NCBI GenBank assembly: GCA_002375495.1
Contig: DFLU01000005.1
Span: 103,503 to 167,502, forward strand
Source of the DNA: Flavobacteriaceae bacterium UBA3611
GTDB lineage: Bacteria > Bacteroidota > Bacteroidia > Flavobacteriales > Flavobacteriaceae
Reading direction: 5' to 3'
DNA: 64,000 bases
The notes beneath the pieces were generated by a model. That model was given only the letters and a program-made list of their open reading frames with translations, did no database searches and was not told the origin of the DNA. This document shows, piece after piece, positions 48,238 through 56,279 of this stretch. The first letter of the stretch is position 1, and each line of letters opens with the position of its first letter. Both the position numbers and the translations under genes were made by a program.

Positions 48238-49005
48238 ATGAAAACAGGATTGGTTCTATCGGGTGGTGGCGCGAGAGGTGTTGCGCACATAGGGGTGCTA
48301 AAAGCGCTCGAAGAACGGCAAATAGAAATTACACATCTATCAGGCACCAGTGCTGGCGCCATTGTTGGTGCGCTTTATGCTGCGGGGCATTCTTGGGAAA
48401 CCATACTCACCTTTTTTAAGAAGGTACCTATTTTTCATTACAAGCGCTATGCGTATAACAAGCCTGGATTTATAGACACCATAAAGTTTTACAGTGATTT
48501 TTTCGGTTTCTTTGAAGAAGACGATTTTGACTCTCTACAACGGAAACTTTACATTCCTGCTACAAATCTTATTGAAGGAACCGAACGCGTATTTGACGAA
48601 GGACAACTCATTAAACCCGTACTCGCTTCAGCAGCATTTCCAGGTTTGTTTACGCCAGTTCTTATAGATGAAATTCCCTATGTTGATGGAGGAGTACTGA
48701 ACAATTTCCCAGTAGAGCCCCTTAAAAAACAGTGTGACACACTCATCGGCGTATATGTAAATCCGTTGGAAAAAATAGATGTTTCCGAACTGAAACATTC
48801 GTACCAAGTAGCCAATCGGGCTTATCACATTAGTTTTGGCAGCCATTGTGTCGCGAAATTCAACGAATTAGATCTGTTGATCGCTCCCAAAAATATCAAT
48901 CGGTATGGCATGTTCAACTTAAAGAATATTGATGCTATTTTTGAAATCGGCTACAATGCTGCCGTGGCCTCTTTAAAAGAATTTGTACTGCCCAAGCAAC
49001 GTTAG
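48238..49005 (+). CDS. Patatin-like phospholipase
   Basis: GGGARG, GTSAG and DGG motifs. Confidence 0.95.
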   Translation: MKTGLVLSGGGARGVAHIGVLKALEERQIEITHLSGTSAGAIVGALYAAGHSWETILTFFKKVPIFHYKRYAYNKPGFIDTIKFYSDFFGFFEEDDFDSLQRKLYIPATNLIEGTERVFDEGQLIKPVLASAAFPGLFTPVLIDEIPYVDGGVLNNFPVEPLKKQCDTLIGVYVNPLEKIDVSELKHSYQVANRAYHISFGSHCVAKFNELDLLIAPKNINRYGMFNLKNIDAIFEIGYNAAVASLKEFVLPKQR

Positions 49006-49030
49006 AGATTTGTAATTGCACACTTGCTAA

Positions 49031-50020
49031 TCATTGGTTAGCTGCTTTTTCTTGGCGTTTGGCCTGGCGTTCCAATTTTCTAAAATAACCGCGAAATAAA
49101 AAGTTATGTTTTAATGCTTCCATGTTCTCGTTCAACTTTTGGGAAGCTTCTTTTATTTGCTGCATGGTCGAGTCTATCGTCTTCGGAAGGGCTTCATCTT
49201 GGGTAAGATAATTAAAGGTGCTTTTTTTAGTATTTATTTCAGCAACCATTCCCTCTAGCTGCCCCATTGTTTCTGAAACCGTACGGCTAGACTTTTCTAG
49301 GTTCGATACCATACGTTGCATTTTGTTCCCGGTCACGGTATCGTTTAGCAGGACACCCGCAGCACTTTTTTCCATGTTTATTTTTGAAAGTTTCTCGTGC
49401 AAAGAATTTATGAGTGTATTGGCGCCTTGGGTCGTATTTTTTAAGTTTTCTAAGCTGGCATGAATGTTTTGCGTGAGCGTGGTATCTGCTATTAATGCAC
49501 CCAATGTGCCCTCCCCTTCTAAAATTTTATTTGTTATTTTTAGTAAGTCGGCGGTAAGTAATGCCGCATTTTCATTGGTGACATTAAGGGTTGAGAGCAT
49601 GTCGTCTGCACCAATTTTACTATAGGTTGGTATGGTATCTCCAGAAGTGATGGCGAATCGGTTTTCGTTACCCGGCAAAATGTTTACCACCATGCTCCCT
49701 ACCAAGCCATCAGACCCAATGGTAGCAATCGCATCTTTTTTGATAAAGGCACCTGTTTTTTCTTCAACCATCATTTGTACTACAATGGTGGCCTCACCTA
49801 CCATTTCAATAGCAGCCACGGTGCCTACATTAATACCAGAATAGCGCACGTTGTTTCCCAACTGTAGGCCATTTACATTTTGAAATACTGCAAATACCTG
49901 CATATTCTTGCTAAAGATATGTTGTCTGTTTCCTATAAAGTAGAGCGCGGCCACTAAAATTAGGGTGCCTAGTACTACAAAAAATCCGACGCGGGTTTTG
50001 TGGGAAGCTGATTTTTTCAT
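49031..50020 (-). CDS. mlaD: MCE/MlaD family protein
   Basis: N-terminal TM; GLQLGNNVRYSGINVGTV and GLVG motifs, followed by a helical tail. Confidence 0.88.
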   Translation of the reverse strand: MKKSASHKTRVGFFVVLGTLILVAALYFIGNRQHIFSKNMQVFAVFQNVNGLQLGNNVRYSGINVGTVAAIEMVGEATIVVQMMVEEKTGAFIKKDAIATIGSDGLVGSMVVNILPGNENRFAITSGDTIPTYSKIGADDMLSTLNVTNENAALLTADLLKITNKILEGEGTLGALIADTTLTQNIHASLENLKNTTQGANTLINSLHEKLSKINMEKSAAGVLLNDTVTGNKMQRMVSNLEKSSRTVSETMGQLEGMVAEINTKKSTFNYLTQDEALPKTIDSTMQQIKEASQKLNENMEALKHNFLFRGYFRKLERQAKRQEKAANQ

Positions 50021-50025
50021 GATTT

Positions 50026-50763
50026 CTATGTTTTAAAAAAGGCCTTTACTTTTGGATCTTGCGACTGTGAAAGCTCCTCGAAGGTACCTTCGGCATAATT
50101 AATTCCGTCTACCAATAAAATCATACGGTTACTAATTACTCGTGCACAATCTACATCGTGGGTAATGATGAGTGACGATGTTTGGTAGGTCTGTTGTATG
50201 TGGCGCATTAACTGAATGATTTCTTTTGAAGTGATGGGGTCGAGGCCCGTAGTGGGCTCGTCGTACAAAATGATTTTGGGTTTTAAAATGAGTGCCCGTG
50301 CCAGGGCAACTCTGCGTTGCATTCCGCCAGATAATTCTGCCGGCATTAGGTCGATGGCATGTGCCAAGCCAACATTTTCAAGGGCTTCTACCACCAATGC
50401 TTCGGTAGTTTGGGATGTTTTTATTTTATCCCTATTTCTCCGTAACGGAAACTCTAAATTTTCACGCACCGTCATAGAATCGTACAGCGCACTTCCTTGG
50501 AAAAGAAAACCGATTTCAGTACGCAAGACATCCAACTCGTTTTGGCCTAGGGAAACGATGTCAAAATCTTTAATTTTAATCGTCCCGCTATCGGCTGCCA
50601 TCAATCCGACGAGGCATTTAATCATTACCGATTTCCCCGAGCCTGACTTTCCCATGATCACGAGGTTTTCCCCTTCAAACAATTGGAGACTAAAGCCATT
50701 CAACACATGGTTTTCGCCAAAGCTTTTGCGCAATTCGTTTATTTCTAATACAGGCTTTTTCAT
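50026..50763 (-). CDS. mlaF: ABC transporter ATPase, MlaF/Mkl family
   Basis: GKSGSGKS, FQGSALYDSMTV, LSGGM, YDEPTTGLDP. Confidence 0.9.
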   Translation of the reverse strand: MKKPVLEINELRKSFGENHVLNGFSLQLFEGENLVIMGKSGSGKSVMIKCLVGLMAADSGTIKIKDFDIVSLGQNELDVLRTEIGFLFQGSALYDSMTVRENLEFPLRRNRDKIKTSQTTEALVVEALENVGLAHAIDLMPAELSGGMQRRVALARALILKPKIILYDEPTTGLDPITSKEIIQLMRHIQQTYQTSSLIITHDVDCARVISNRMILLVDGINYAEGTFEELSQSQDPKVKAFFKT

Positions 50764-51542
50764 ATCTCGAAGAAAATATCAGTAAGAAATACAGCAATAA
50801 AATCGATCACGAAGATGAGCATGGAGGTATACACGACGGCAGCATTTGAGGCCTCACCTACGCCAACGGTTCCTTTTGAACTGTGGTACCCCTTATAGCA
50901 TCCTACCAGACCAATGGCGAAACCGAAAAAAAATGATTTGACGGTGGCCGGAATAATATCACTGAACTTCAGTGCATCGAATACTTTATTAAAATACAGC
51001 AGGTATGAAACTTCGCCTTTTAAATTTTCAACAATAGCAGAGCCAAAAAGCGCCACTGCATCACCCATAATGATGAGCAGCGGGAGCATTAAGGTAGTGG
51101 CTAAAATTCGGGTGACCACCAAATATTTGAAGGGGTTGGTTCCCGAAACTTCCATCGCATCAATTTGCTCAGTTACTTTCATACTGCCCAGCTCGGCACC
51201 AATACCTGAACCGATGCGTCCTGCACAAATAAGCGCAATGATTACGGGACCGATTTCGCGCACTATCGAAATACTGACCATAGAAGGCATCCAAGAGACG
51301 GCGCCAAATTCTAGTAAGGTAGGTCTGGATTGCAGCGTAAACACCAACCCAAGAATAAAACCTGTTACACCCACCAGGAGAAATGAACGGTTTCCCATTT
51401 GATAACATTGGCGGAGCAGTTCTTTCCATTCAAAGGGCGTTGTAAAGACTTCTTTAAAGAACCGTATGGCGAAATAGGTCATATCGCCAATTTCTTCAAA
51501 AAAGCGTTTTGTCTTTACCGTGATGGTGTTTGTTTGATGCAA
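50760..51542 (-). CDS. mlaE: ABC transporter permease, MlaE family
   Basis: REIGPV, GRIGSGIGAELGSMKVTEQIDAMEV motif. Confidence 0.92.
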   Translation of the reverse strand: MHQTNTITVKTKRFFEEIGDMTYFAIRFFKEVFTTPFEWKELLRQCYQMGNRSFLLVGVTGFILGLVFTLQSRPTLLEFGAVSWMPSMVSISIVREIGPVIIALICAGRIGSGIGAELGSMKVTEQIDAMEVSGTNPFKYLVVTRILATTLMLPLLIIMGDAVALFGSAIVENLKGEVSYLLYFNKVFDALKFSDIIPATVKSFFFGFAIGLVGCYKGYHSSKGTVGVGEASNAAVVYTSMLIFVIDFIAVFLTDIFFEI

Positions 51543-51592
51543 TGAATGCGTATTAAAAAACTAAATATAGCTGTCACGTTTCGAGCAAGAAA

Positions 51593-51604
51593 TGATATCT
51601 ATCA
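51593..51604 (-). promoter_or_regulatory. FNR-like box 10
   Basis: TGATATCTATCA, 23 nt from minus-strand TATATTTA (51562-51569). Confidence 0.7.
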
Positions 51605-51637
51605 GTTGTCCCTTCTTTCCATTCCGGTTAGGCATTC

Positions 51638-52366
51638 TTACAGATTACTGATAATGCTAGCCAGACCTATTCCCAAGATCAGGAATAGCACGATGTATCG
51701 AAACTGTTCTTGCGACATTTTGTTGAGAATTAGTTTCCCGATCCAAGTGCCTAAAATTCCGACCACGATCAGAATGGGAATAAGGTATAAGAGTTCTATT
51801 TTTATATAGCCATTAAAGTAGTAGACAACAGTCCGGCTCACATCTACCCCTAAATCGATGATCGCAGAAGTAGCGATAAACTTGTCTTTATTCATCTTAA
51901 AGGCCGCCAAGGTAATACCGCGAATCGCACCACCTGTACCTAAAACCCCTGCGCTTAGGCCAGAAAGCACGCCACCAGCAACAGCATTCTTAGTCGTTGG
52001 TTTTACCGCCAGTTTTTTAAAAATCAGAAACAACAGACTTAAAACAACGAGAAAGATTCCAAGGCTATATGTTAAGATAGTCGGATCTATATATTTACTT
52101 ATAAATCCGCCGATAATCACAAAAAGTACCGCTGGCACCCCTAGGGTTAAGATGACTTTCTTATCGATTCCTTTTCTGAAAAATGCAATTTTGGTAAGAT
52201 TACTAGAAACATGGTAGAGCGCAGTAATCCCTAACACCGATTGGAATTCTAGAAAAAAGTTGGCTACGGGCACAAAAAACACCGATGATCCGAATCCGCC
52301 CACCGTACCAAAAATTTCAGCCAGCAATGACAGAATGATAAAAACGGGAAGGTAGCGTGATAGCAT
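51638..52366 (-). CDS. TauE/SafE (TSUP) family membrane transporter
   Basis: Start MLSRYLP (the ORF-track start overlaps the -7 element); GGFGSS and GTGGAIR repeats; multi-TM. Confidence 0.88.
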   Translation of the reverse strand: MLSRYLPVFIILSLLAEIFGTVGGFGSSVFFVPVANFFLEFQSVLGITALYHVSSNLTKIAFFRKGIDKKVILTLGVPAVLFVIIGGFISKYIDPTILTYSLGIFLVVLSLLFLIFKKLAVKPTTKNAVAGGVLSGLSAGVLGTGGAIRGITLAAFKMNKDKFIATSAIIDLGVDVSRTVVYYFNGYIKIELLYLIPILIVVGILGTWIGKLILNKMSQEQFRYIVLFLILGIGLASIISNL

Positions 52367-52414
52367 GTTTGTTACATATTGAACAAACATAGCACAATGG
52401 ATACATTAAGGTTA

Positions 52415-52426
52415 TGACATTTATCA
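52415..52426 (-). promoter_or_regulatory. FNR-like box 11
   Basis: TGACATTTATCA, 23 nt from a perfect -7 element TATGTTTG (52384-52391, minus strand). Confidence 0.75.
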
Positions 52427-52709
52427 CTCTAAGATTATCACGGCCCACTACGGTAGCTTTCGAACAAAAAACAGGGTTTTTTCTGTTGATTTTGGTTGCG
52501 GAAAACCGTAAAATGGTCTGCTGTTTTATTTTGATATTGGCGGTTAAACGGGGGTGGATAACTGAAACAAAAATTACGTGTTTTTGGATATTTTGGGGAA
52601 AGTGGGGAATGGGTATATTTACACGAAATGACTTTGTTTGGCCTTATTGGACCGAAAAAAAAAGTTAAAAGTAGTTTTAAAACAAATTTGCAATAATTAA
52701 AACAGAATT

Positions 52710-53294
52710 ATGGCACATAAATGTTTCATAACATTCAAAACGGAAGACATCTCATATAAGGAATATATCAGAGATGAAATGGACGTTGATATGATTGACA
52801 AATCATTAAATGATCCAATAAATTCAGACGATGAAGACTTTATAATGAGAAAAATCAGAGAGGACTATCTTTCTGATTCTACAGTCACAATTTGTCTAAT
52901 TGGCAGTAGGAGTAGCGAAAATTTAGGTTGGGATGAACAGAGGTTTATAAAACGTGAACTTCAAGCTTCACTTTATAATGGGCAAAATAATTCTAAAAGC
53001 GGGATTTTAGGTATTGTCTTGCCATCAATGTATGATTCTATCTATACAGGCTCTGGGATTTGTGATACTTGTGGAAACTCACATACTTATGTTAATATTA
53101 ATGATTCGACAATAATTAAGGAATTTAGTTATAATTATTATATACCTAATAACAAATGCGCTTGGAGTGAAGATGATAGATACTGTGTTTTAGTCAAGTG
53201 GTCAGATTTTAAGATAAATCCAAATTATTACATAGACAAAGCTTTTGACAAAAGGTCGAGTAACATATCAAGTAAAACTAAAGTAAGACCATAA
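52710..53294 (+). CDS. TIR-like protein (ThsB/DUF1863-like)
   Basis: KCFITF first strand, STVTICLIG, FIKRE (candidate catalytic E83), YYIDKAF end; CDTCGNSH insert. Confidence 0.85.
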   Translation: MAHKCFITFKTEDISYKEYIRDEMDVDMIDKSLNDPINSDDEDFIMRKIREDYLSDSTVTICLIGSRSSENLGWDEQRFIKRELQASLYNGQNNSKSGILGIVLPSMYDSIYTGSGICDTCGNSHTYVNINDSTIIKEFSYNYYIPNNKCAWSEDDRYCVLVKWSDFKINPNYYIDKAFDKRSSNISSKTKVRP

Positions 53295-54178
53295 TGGAGT
53301 TTAAAGATTTCCCAGGTTTATACCAAGCTTCTGATGAAGCTTCTCTATCTGCTCAAAAAAATTATAAAAATATTATAGCATACGATTTGATTACTATGAT
53401 TATCGCATCTGCTCTTGCGATTTATAATTACCAGAAAGTGGAACCTAAATTAATTGTTTATGTAATTTCCGGTATTTTCTTACTGATAAGTTTTGCTTTA
53501 ACATTAATTATAAGAACGAAAAAATTTGAAGATGTTTGGTATCAAGGAAGAGCATTAGCTGAATCTTGTAAAACTTTAACTTGGAGATTTGTAACTTGTT
53601 CCGAAAGCTTCGAAAATGACTTAACTAAACAAGATGTAGAAGACTATTTTATATCTAGAGTAAGGGAATTAAGCAAAGAATTTAAAGAATTAAATGATTC
53701 TTTAAATGCAAAAATTGTTGTACTACCCGTAATAACAGATAAAATGTGGGAAATAAGAACCTTAAATACTTTAGAAAGAAAGCAGTACTATATTGAGAAT
53801 AGAATTAATGACCAAAAAGATTGGTACGCTTCAAAAGCAGAATTTAATAAAAAAAAGTATGACAATTGGTTTTTATTAATAATAATATCTCAATTTATAG
53901 CCATAATAAGCGTAGCTTTTCTTATTAAGTATCCTGAATCTAATTGGAATTTAGTAGGTTTATTTACAACCATTTCTGCTTCAGCAATTAGTTGGCTTCA
54001 ATTAAAGCAGCATCAAGAACTCAAACAAGCATACACAACCGCAGCTCAAGAATTGAATTTTATACAAGCATCATTTGGTAATATTAATTCAGATTTAGAA
54101 TTAGCAGAATTTGTTTTGGATTCAGAAAATGCAATTTCTCGTGAACATACTTTATGGCTTGCTCAAAGAAGAAAATAA
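53294..54178 (+). CDS. Double SLATT (DUF4231-like) 4-TM effector
   Basis: Two pairs of TM helices; WYQGRALAESCKTLTWRF, DQKDWY..KA..N, HQEL..AY and E.AISREHTLW motifs. Confidence 0.85.
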   Translation: MEFKDFPGLYQASDEASLSAQKNYKNIIAYDLITMIIASALAIYNYQKVEPKLIVYVISGIFLLISFALTLIIRTKKFEDVWYQGRALAESCKTLTWRFVTCSESFENDLTKQDVEDYFISRVRELSKEFKELNDSLNAKIVVLPVITDKMWEIRTLNTLERKQYYIENRINDQKDWYASKAEFNKKKYDNWFLLIIISQFIAIISVAFLIKYPESNWNLVGLFTTISASAISWLQLKQHQELKQAYTTAAQELNFIQASFGNINSDLELAEFVLDSENAISREHTLWLAQRRK

Positions 54179-54715
54179 ATGACAAATAATAATTCATATA
54201 ATTCCTCTTGGTTAGAACTAATAATTTCTATTGGAGGTGTTTTGCTTTTTGCTCATCTGATATCAAAATTAATAGACTATTTAATTGGTAATTATTATAG
54301 TGAAGAGGATTACTATTTAGAAAAAAGAAAGAAAAGAAAACCTCGGATTTTCGTAAGTCATTCTTGGAAACATAACAAAGATTATAACAATCTTATAAAA
54401 GGATTTGAAAAGCAAGGTTTTGTTTATTATAATCACAGTATATCATTAGAAAAAGCAGAGGATTTAACAAACGGAAAGGAAATTGAAAATAAAATAAAAA
54501 ACCAATTGCTTTATAGCAGATGTCTGCTTGTTCTTGGTGGTAGTTATTCGAATAAGTACTGGATAAAAAAAGAGGTCGAAATAGCAAAATCACTAGGAAA
54601 GAAAGTAATTGCAGTTAGACCTTGGAATACTGACAATATTCCGAAATATTTAGAGAAATCAGCTGATGAAATTATTGGATTTAATTCTAAAGCGATTATT
54701 GAAAAAATAAAATAA
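54179..54715 (+). CDS. TIR-like protein (MTH538/ThsB-like) with N-terminal TM helix
   Basis: TM WLELIISIGGVLLFAHLISKLI, basic KRKKRK, RIFVSHSW, YWIKKE (candidate catalytic E132), KVIAVRPW. Confidence 0.85.
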   Translation: MTNNNSYNSSWLELIISIGGVLLFAHLISKLIDYLIGNYYSEEDYYLEKRKKRKPRIFVSHSWKHNKDYNNLIKGFEKQGFVYYNHSISLEKAEDLTNGKEIENKIKNQLLYSRCLLVLGGSYSNKYWIKKEVEIAKSLGKKVIAVRPWNTDNIPKYLEKSADEIIGFNSKAIIEKIK

Positions 54716-54781
54716 CTATTGCTAACAGCGCATAATAAAAATATTGCATTTAAAGAAATTAAACTATTTGTGCTCATTTAA

Positions 54782-54816
54782 TAAACAAAAACCGCCACAG
54801 TTGTACCGTGGCGGTC
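54782..54816 (-). terminator. Intrinsic terminator downstream of the rtcB remnant
   Basis: ACCGCCAC (54791-54798) pairs with GTGGCGGT (54808-54815); TTTTGTTTA follows on the minus strand. Confidence 0.65.
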
Positions 54817-54850
54817 TTATACAGTGAGAAAATGCAATTAAATTACGTTA

Positions 54851-55066
<216 letters not shown>

Positions 55067-55081
55067 TCAAAGCCTGTTTAA

Positions 55082-55714
55082 TCAATCACACTCCTCCCCA
55101 TACTTCTCCACCATATACCGGGTAGCTTGTTTTAGTGTTTTTCCATTGACCGGATGCAATCCATGATACGTGAAAAATGTGACCACATCGTCGGATTTAT
55201 CATACCATAAAACAGGTTGGCCGTTTTTTTTGACCGCTGCATCTTTGCAAACTTCAACCCTTTTCATTTTTCTGAGTGTTTTGGTATCACATGCTCGTTC
55301 AAGACGCTTACCGCTACATGCGGTTTCCTCCCAATGATCTTCCATCCAAATCATACAACACGTTTCGTCTGTAACAAAGAAATTCCAAGACAACGAAACT
55401 CCCAAGGCCATAATTAAAAACCAAAGCAAATAACTAGAAACTTTGTTACCATTCCTTGTGTTTTTCTGTACGAAGTCACGGTAACTTTCATAACCAATAT
55501 ATCTCGCCAATTGATCCTTCGAATTATTTGCAACATTAAAAGGAATATGATTATTATACTTTCGATAATACCCCCGGATGGCATCGGCTGTGATGGGCTG
55601 TTTTTCTGTTTTCTCTAATGTTTGGTGAATTTCGGAAGCTATAGCACTGCCACTACGCGCAGTTGCTTTTTTGCTTGCTTTCTCAAATACCTTCTTTAAA
55701 AAATTTCGTAACAC
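55082..55714 (-). CDS. Membrane-anchored hypothetical protein (helical N-domain, TM, Cys-rich C-domain)
   Basis: Probable GTG start at 55714 (ORF track extends to 55783); TM YLLWFLIMALGVSLSWNFF; CCMIW..HWEETAC and LWYDK..TFFTYHGLHP. Confidence 0.75.
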   Translation of the reverse strand: MLRNFLKKVFEKASKKATARSGSAIASEIHQTLEKTEKQPITADAIRGYYRKYNNHIPFNVANNSKDQLARYIGYESYRDFVQKNTRNGNKVSSYLLWFLIMALGVSLSWNFFVTDETCCMIWMEDHWEETACSGKRLERACDTKTLRKMKRVEVCKDAAVKKNGQPVLWYDKSDDVVTFFTYHGLHPVNGKTLKQATRYMVEKYGEECD

Positions 55715-56081
55715 ATTCCCGTTTTTAAATCGATAGAAAATTACAATTCTTTTTTGGAAAGTTCTTGGAATATAAGTTTCCAAAAGCTTTCCAGCTACTT
55801 TCTAGGCCCATCTTCTGCAACTTTCTCATATTTGTCCTGTACTGCTGATCGCCCGAGCGTAATAGGGTTTTTACGAATATTTCAACAGTACTTACTGGAG
55901 TCGCATTGTACTGTGCCAAGACCATTTTGAGAAGTAATCTGACACACGGTACTTCTGCGCTCCACACTTCTCAACCGAAGAGCTTACTCTTCCCTTAATT
56001 GTATGGCTTACGGCCTAAACTCACAATCTGAGCCAAGACTCGGACAGCCATACGCATGTCAAATCTTTAAATACAAATACA

Positions 56082-56249
56082 ATGAAAAAGTTGTCATATA
56101 TCATGCTTTCATGTTTGCTAGGCGGACTTATTTTCTCCTGCACTCCCGAGAGCCAAATAACCACAGATGAAGTCGCGTGTTGCGGTGAAGATGGTCATTT
56201 ACCCCCACCGCCTCCACCACCCCCACCACCACCAAATGGCGGGGACTAA
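56082..56249 (+). CDS. 55-aa lipopeptide with (Pro)11 tail, absent from ORF track
   Basis: MKKLSYIMLSCLLGGLIFSC-TPESQITTDEVACCGEDGHLPPPPPPPPPPPNGGD*: basic N-terminus, hydrophobic core, lipobox IFSC, mixed Pro codons; ends 30 nt before the kinase ATG. Confidence 0.8.
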   Translation: MKKLSYIMLSCLLGGLIFSCTPESQITTDEVACCGEDGHLPPPPPPPPPPPNGGD

Positions 56250-56279
56250 TAACTAATATTTAGTTATTACATTTGAGGA

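Noticed and set aside
52414-52668. 84-aa ORF upstream of the TIR operon
   Set aside because: It starts inside an FNR-like box, has no recognisable features and spans probable promoter DNA.
52710-54715. Canonical Thoeris (thsA-thsB) or CBASS call
   Set aside because: No SIR2/Macro/SLOG ThsA and no CD-NTase are present; reported instead as a non-canonical candidate.
55725-55967. 80-aa minus-strand ORF as a gene or transposase fragment
   Set aside because: No motif recognised, and it overlaps the phased operator array and promoter region.
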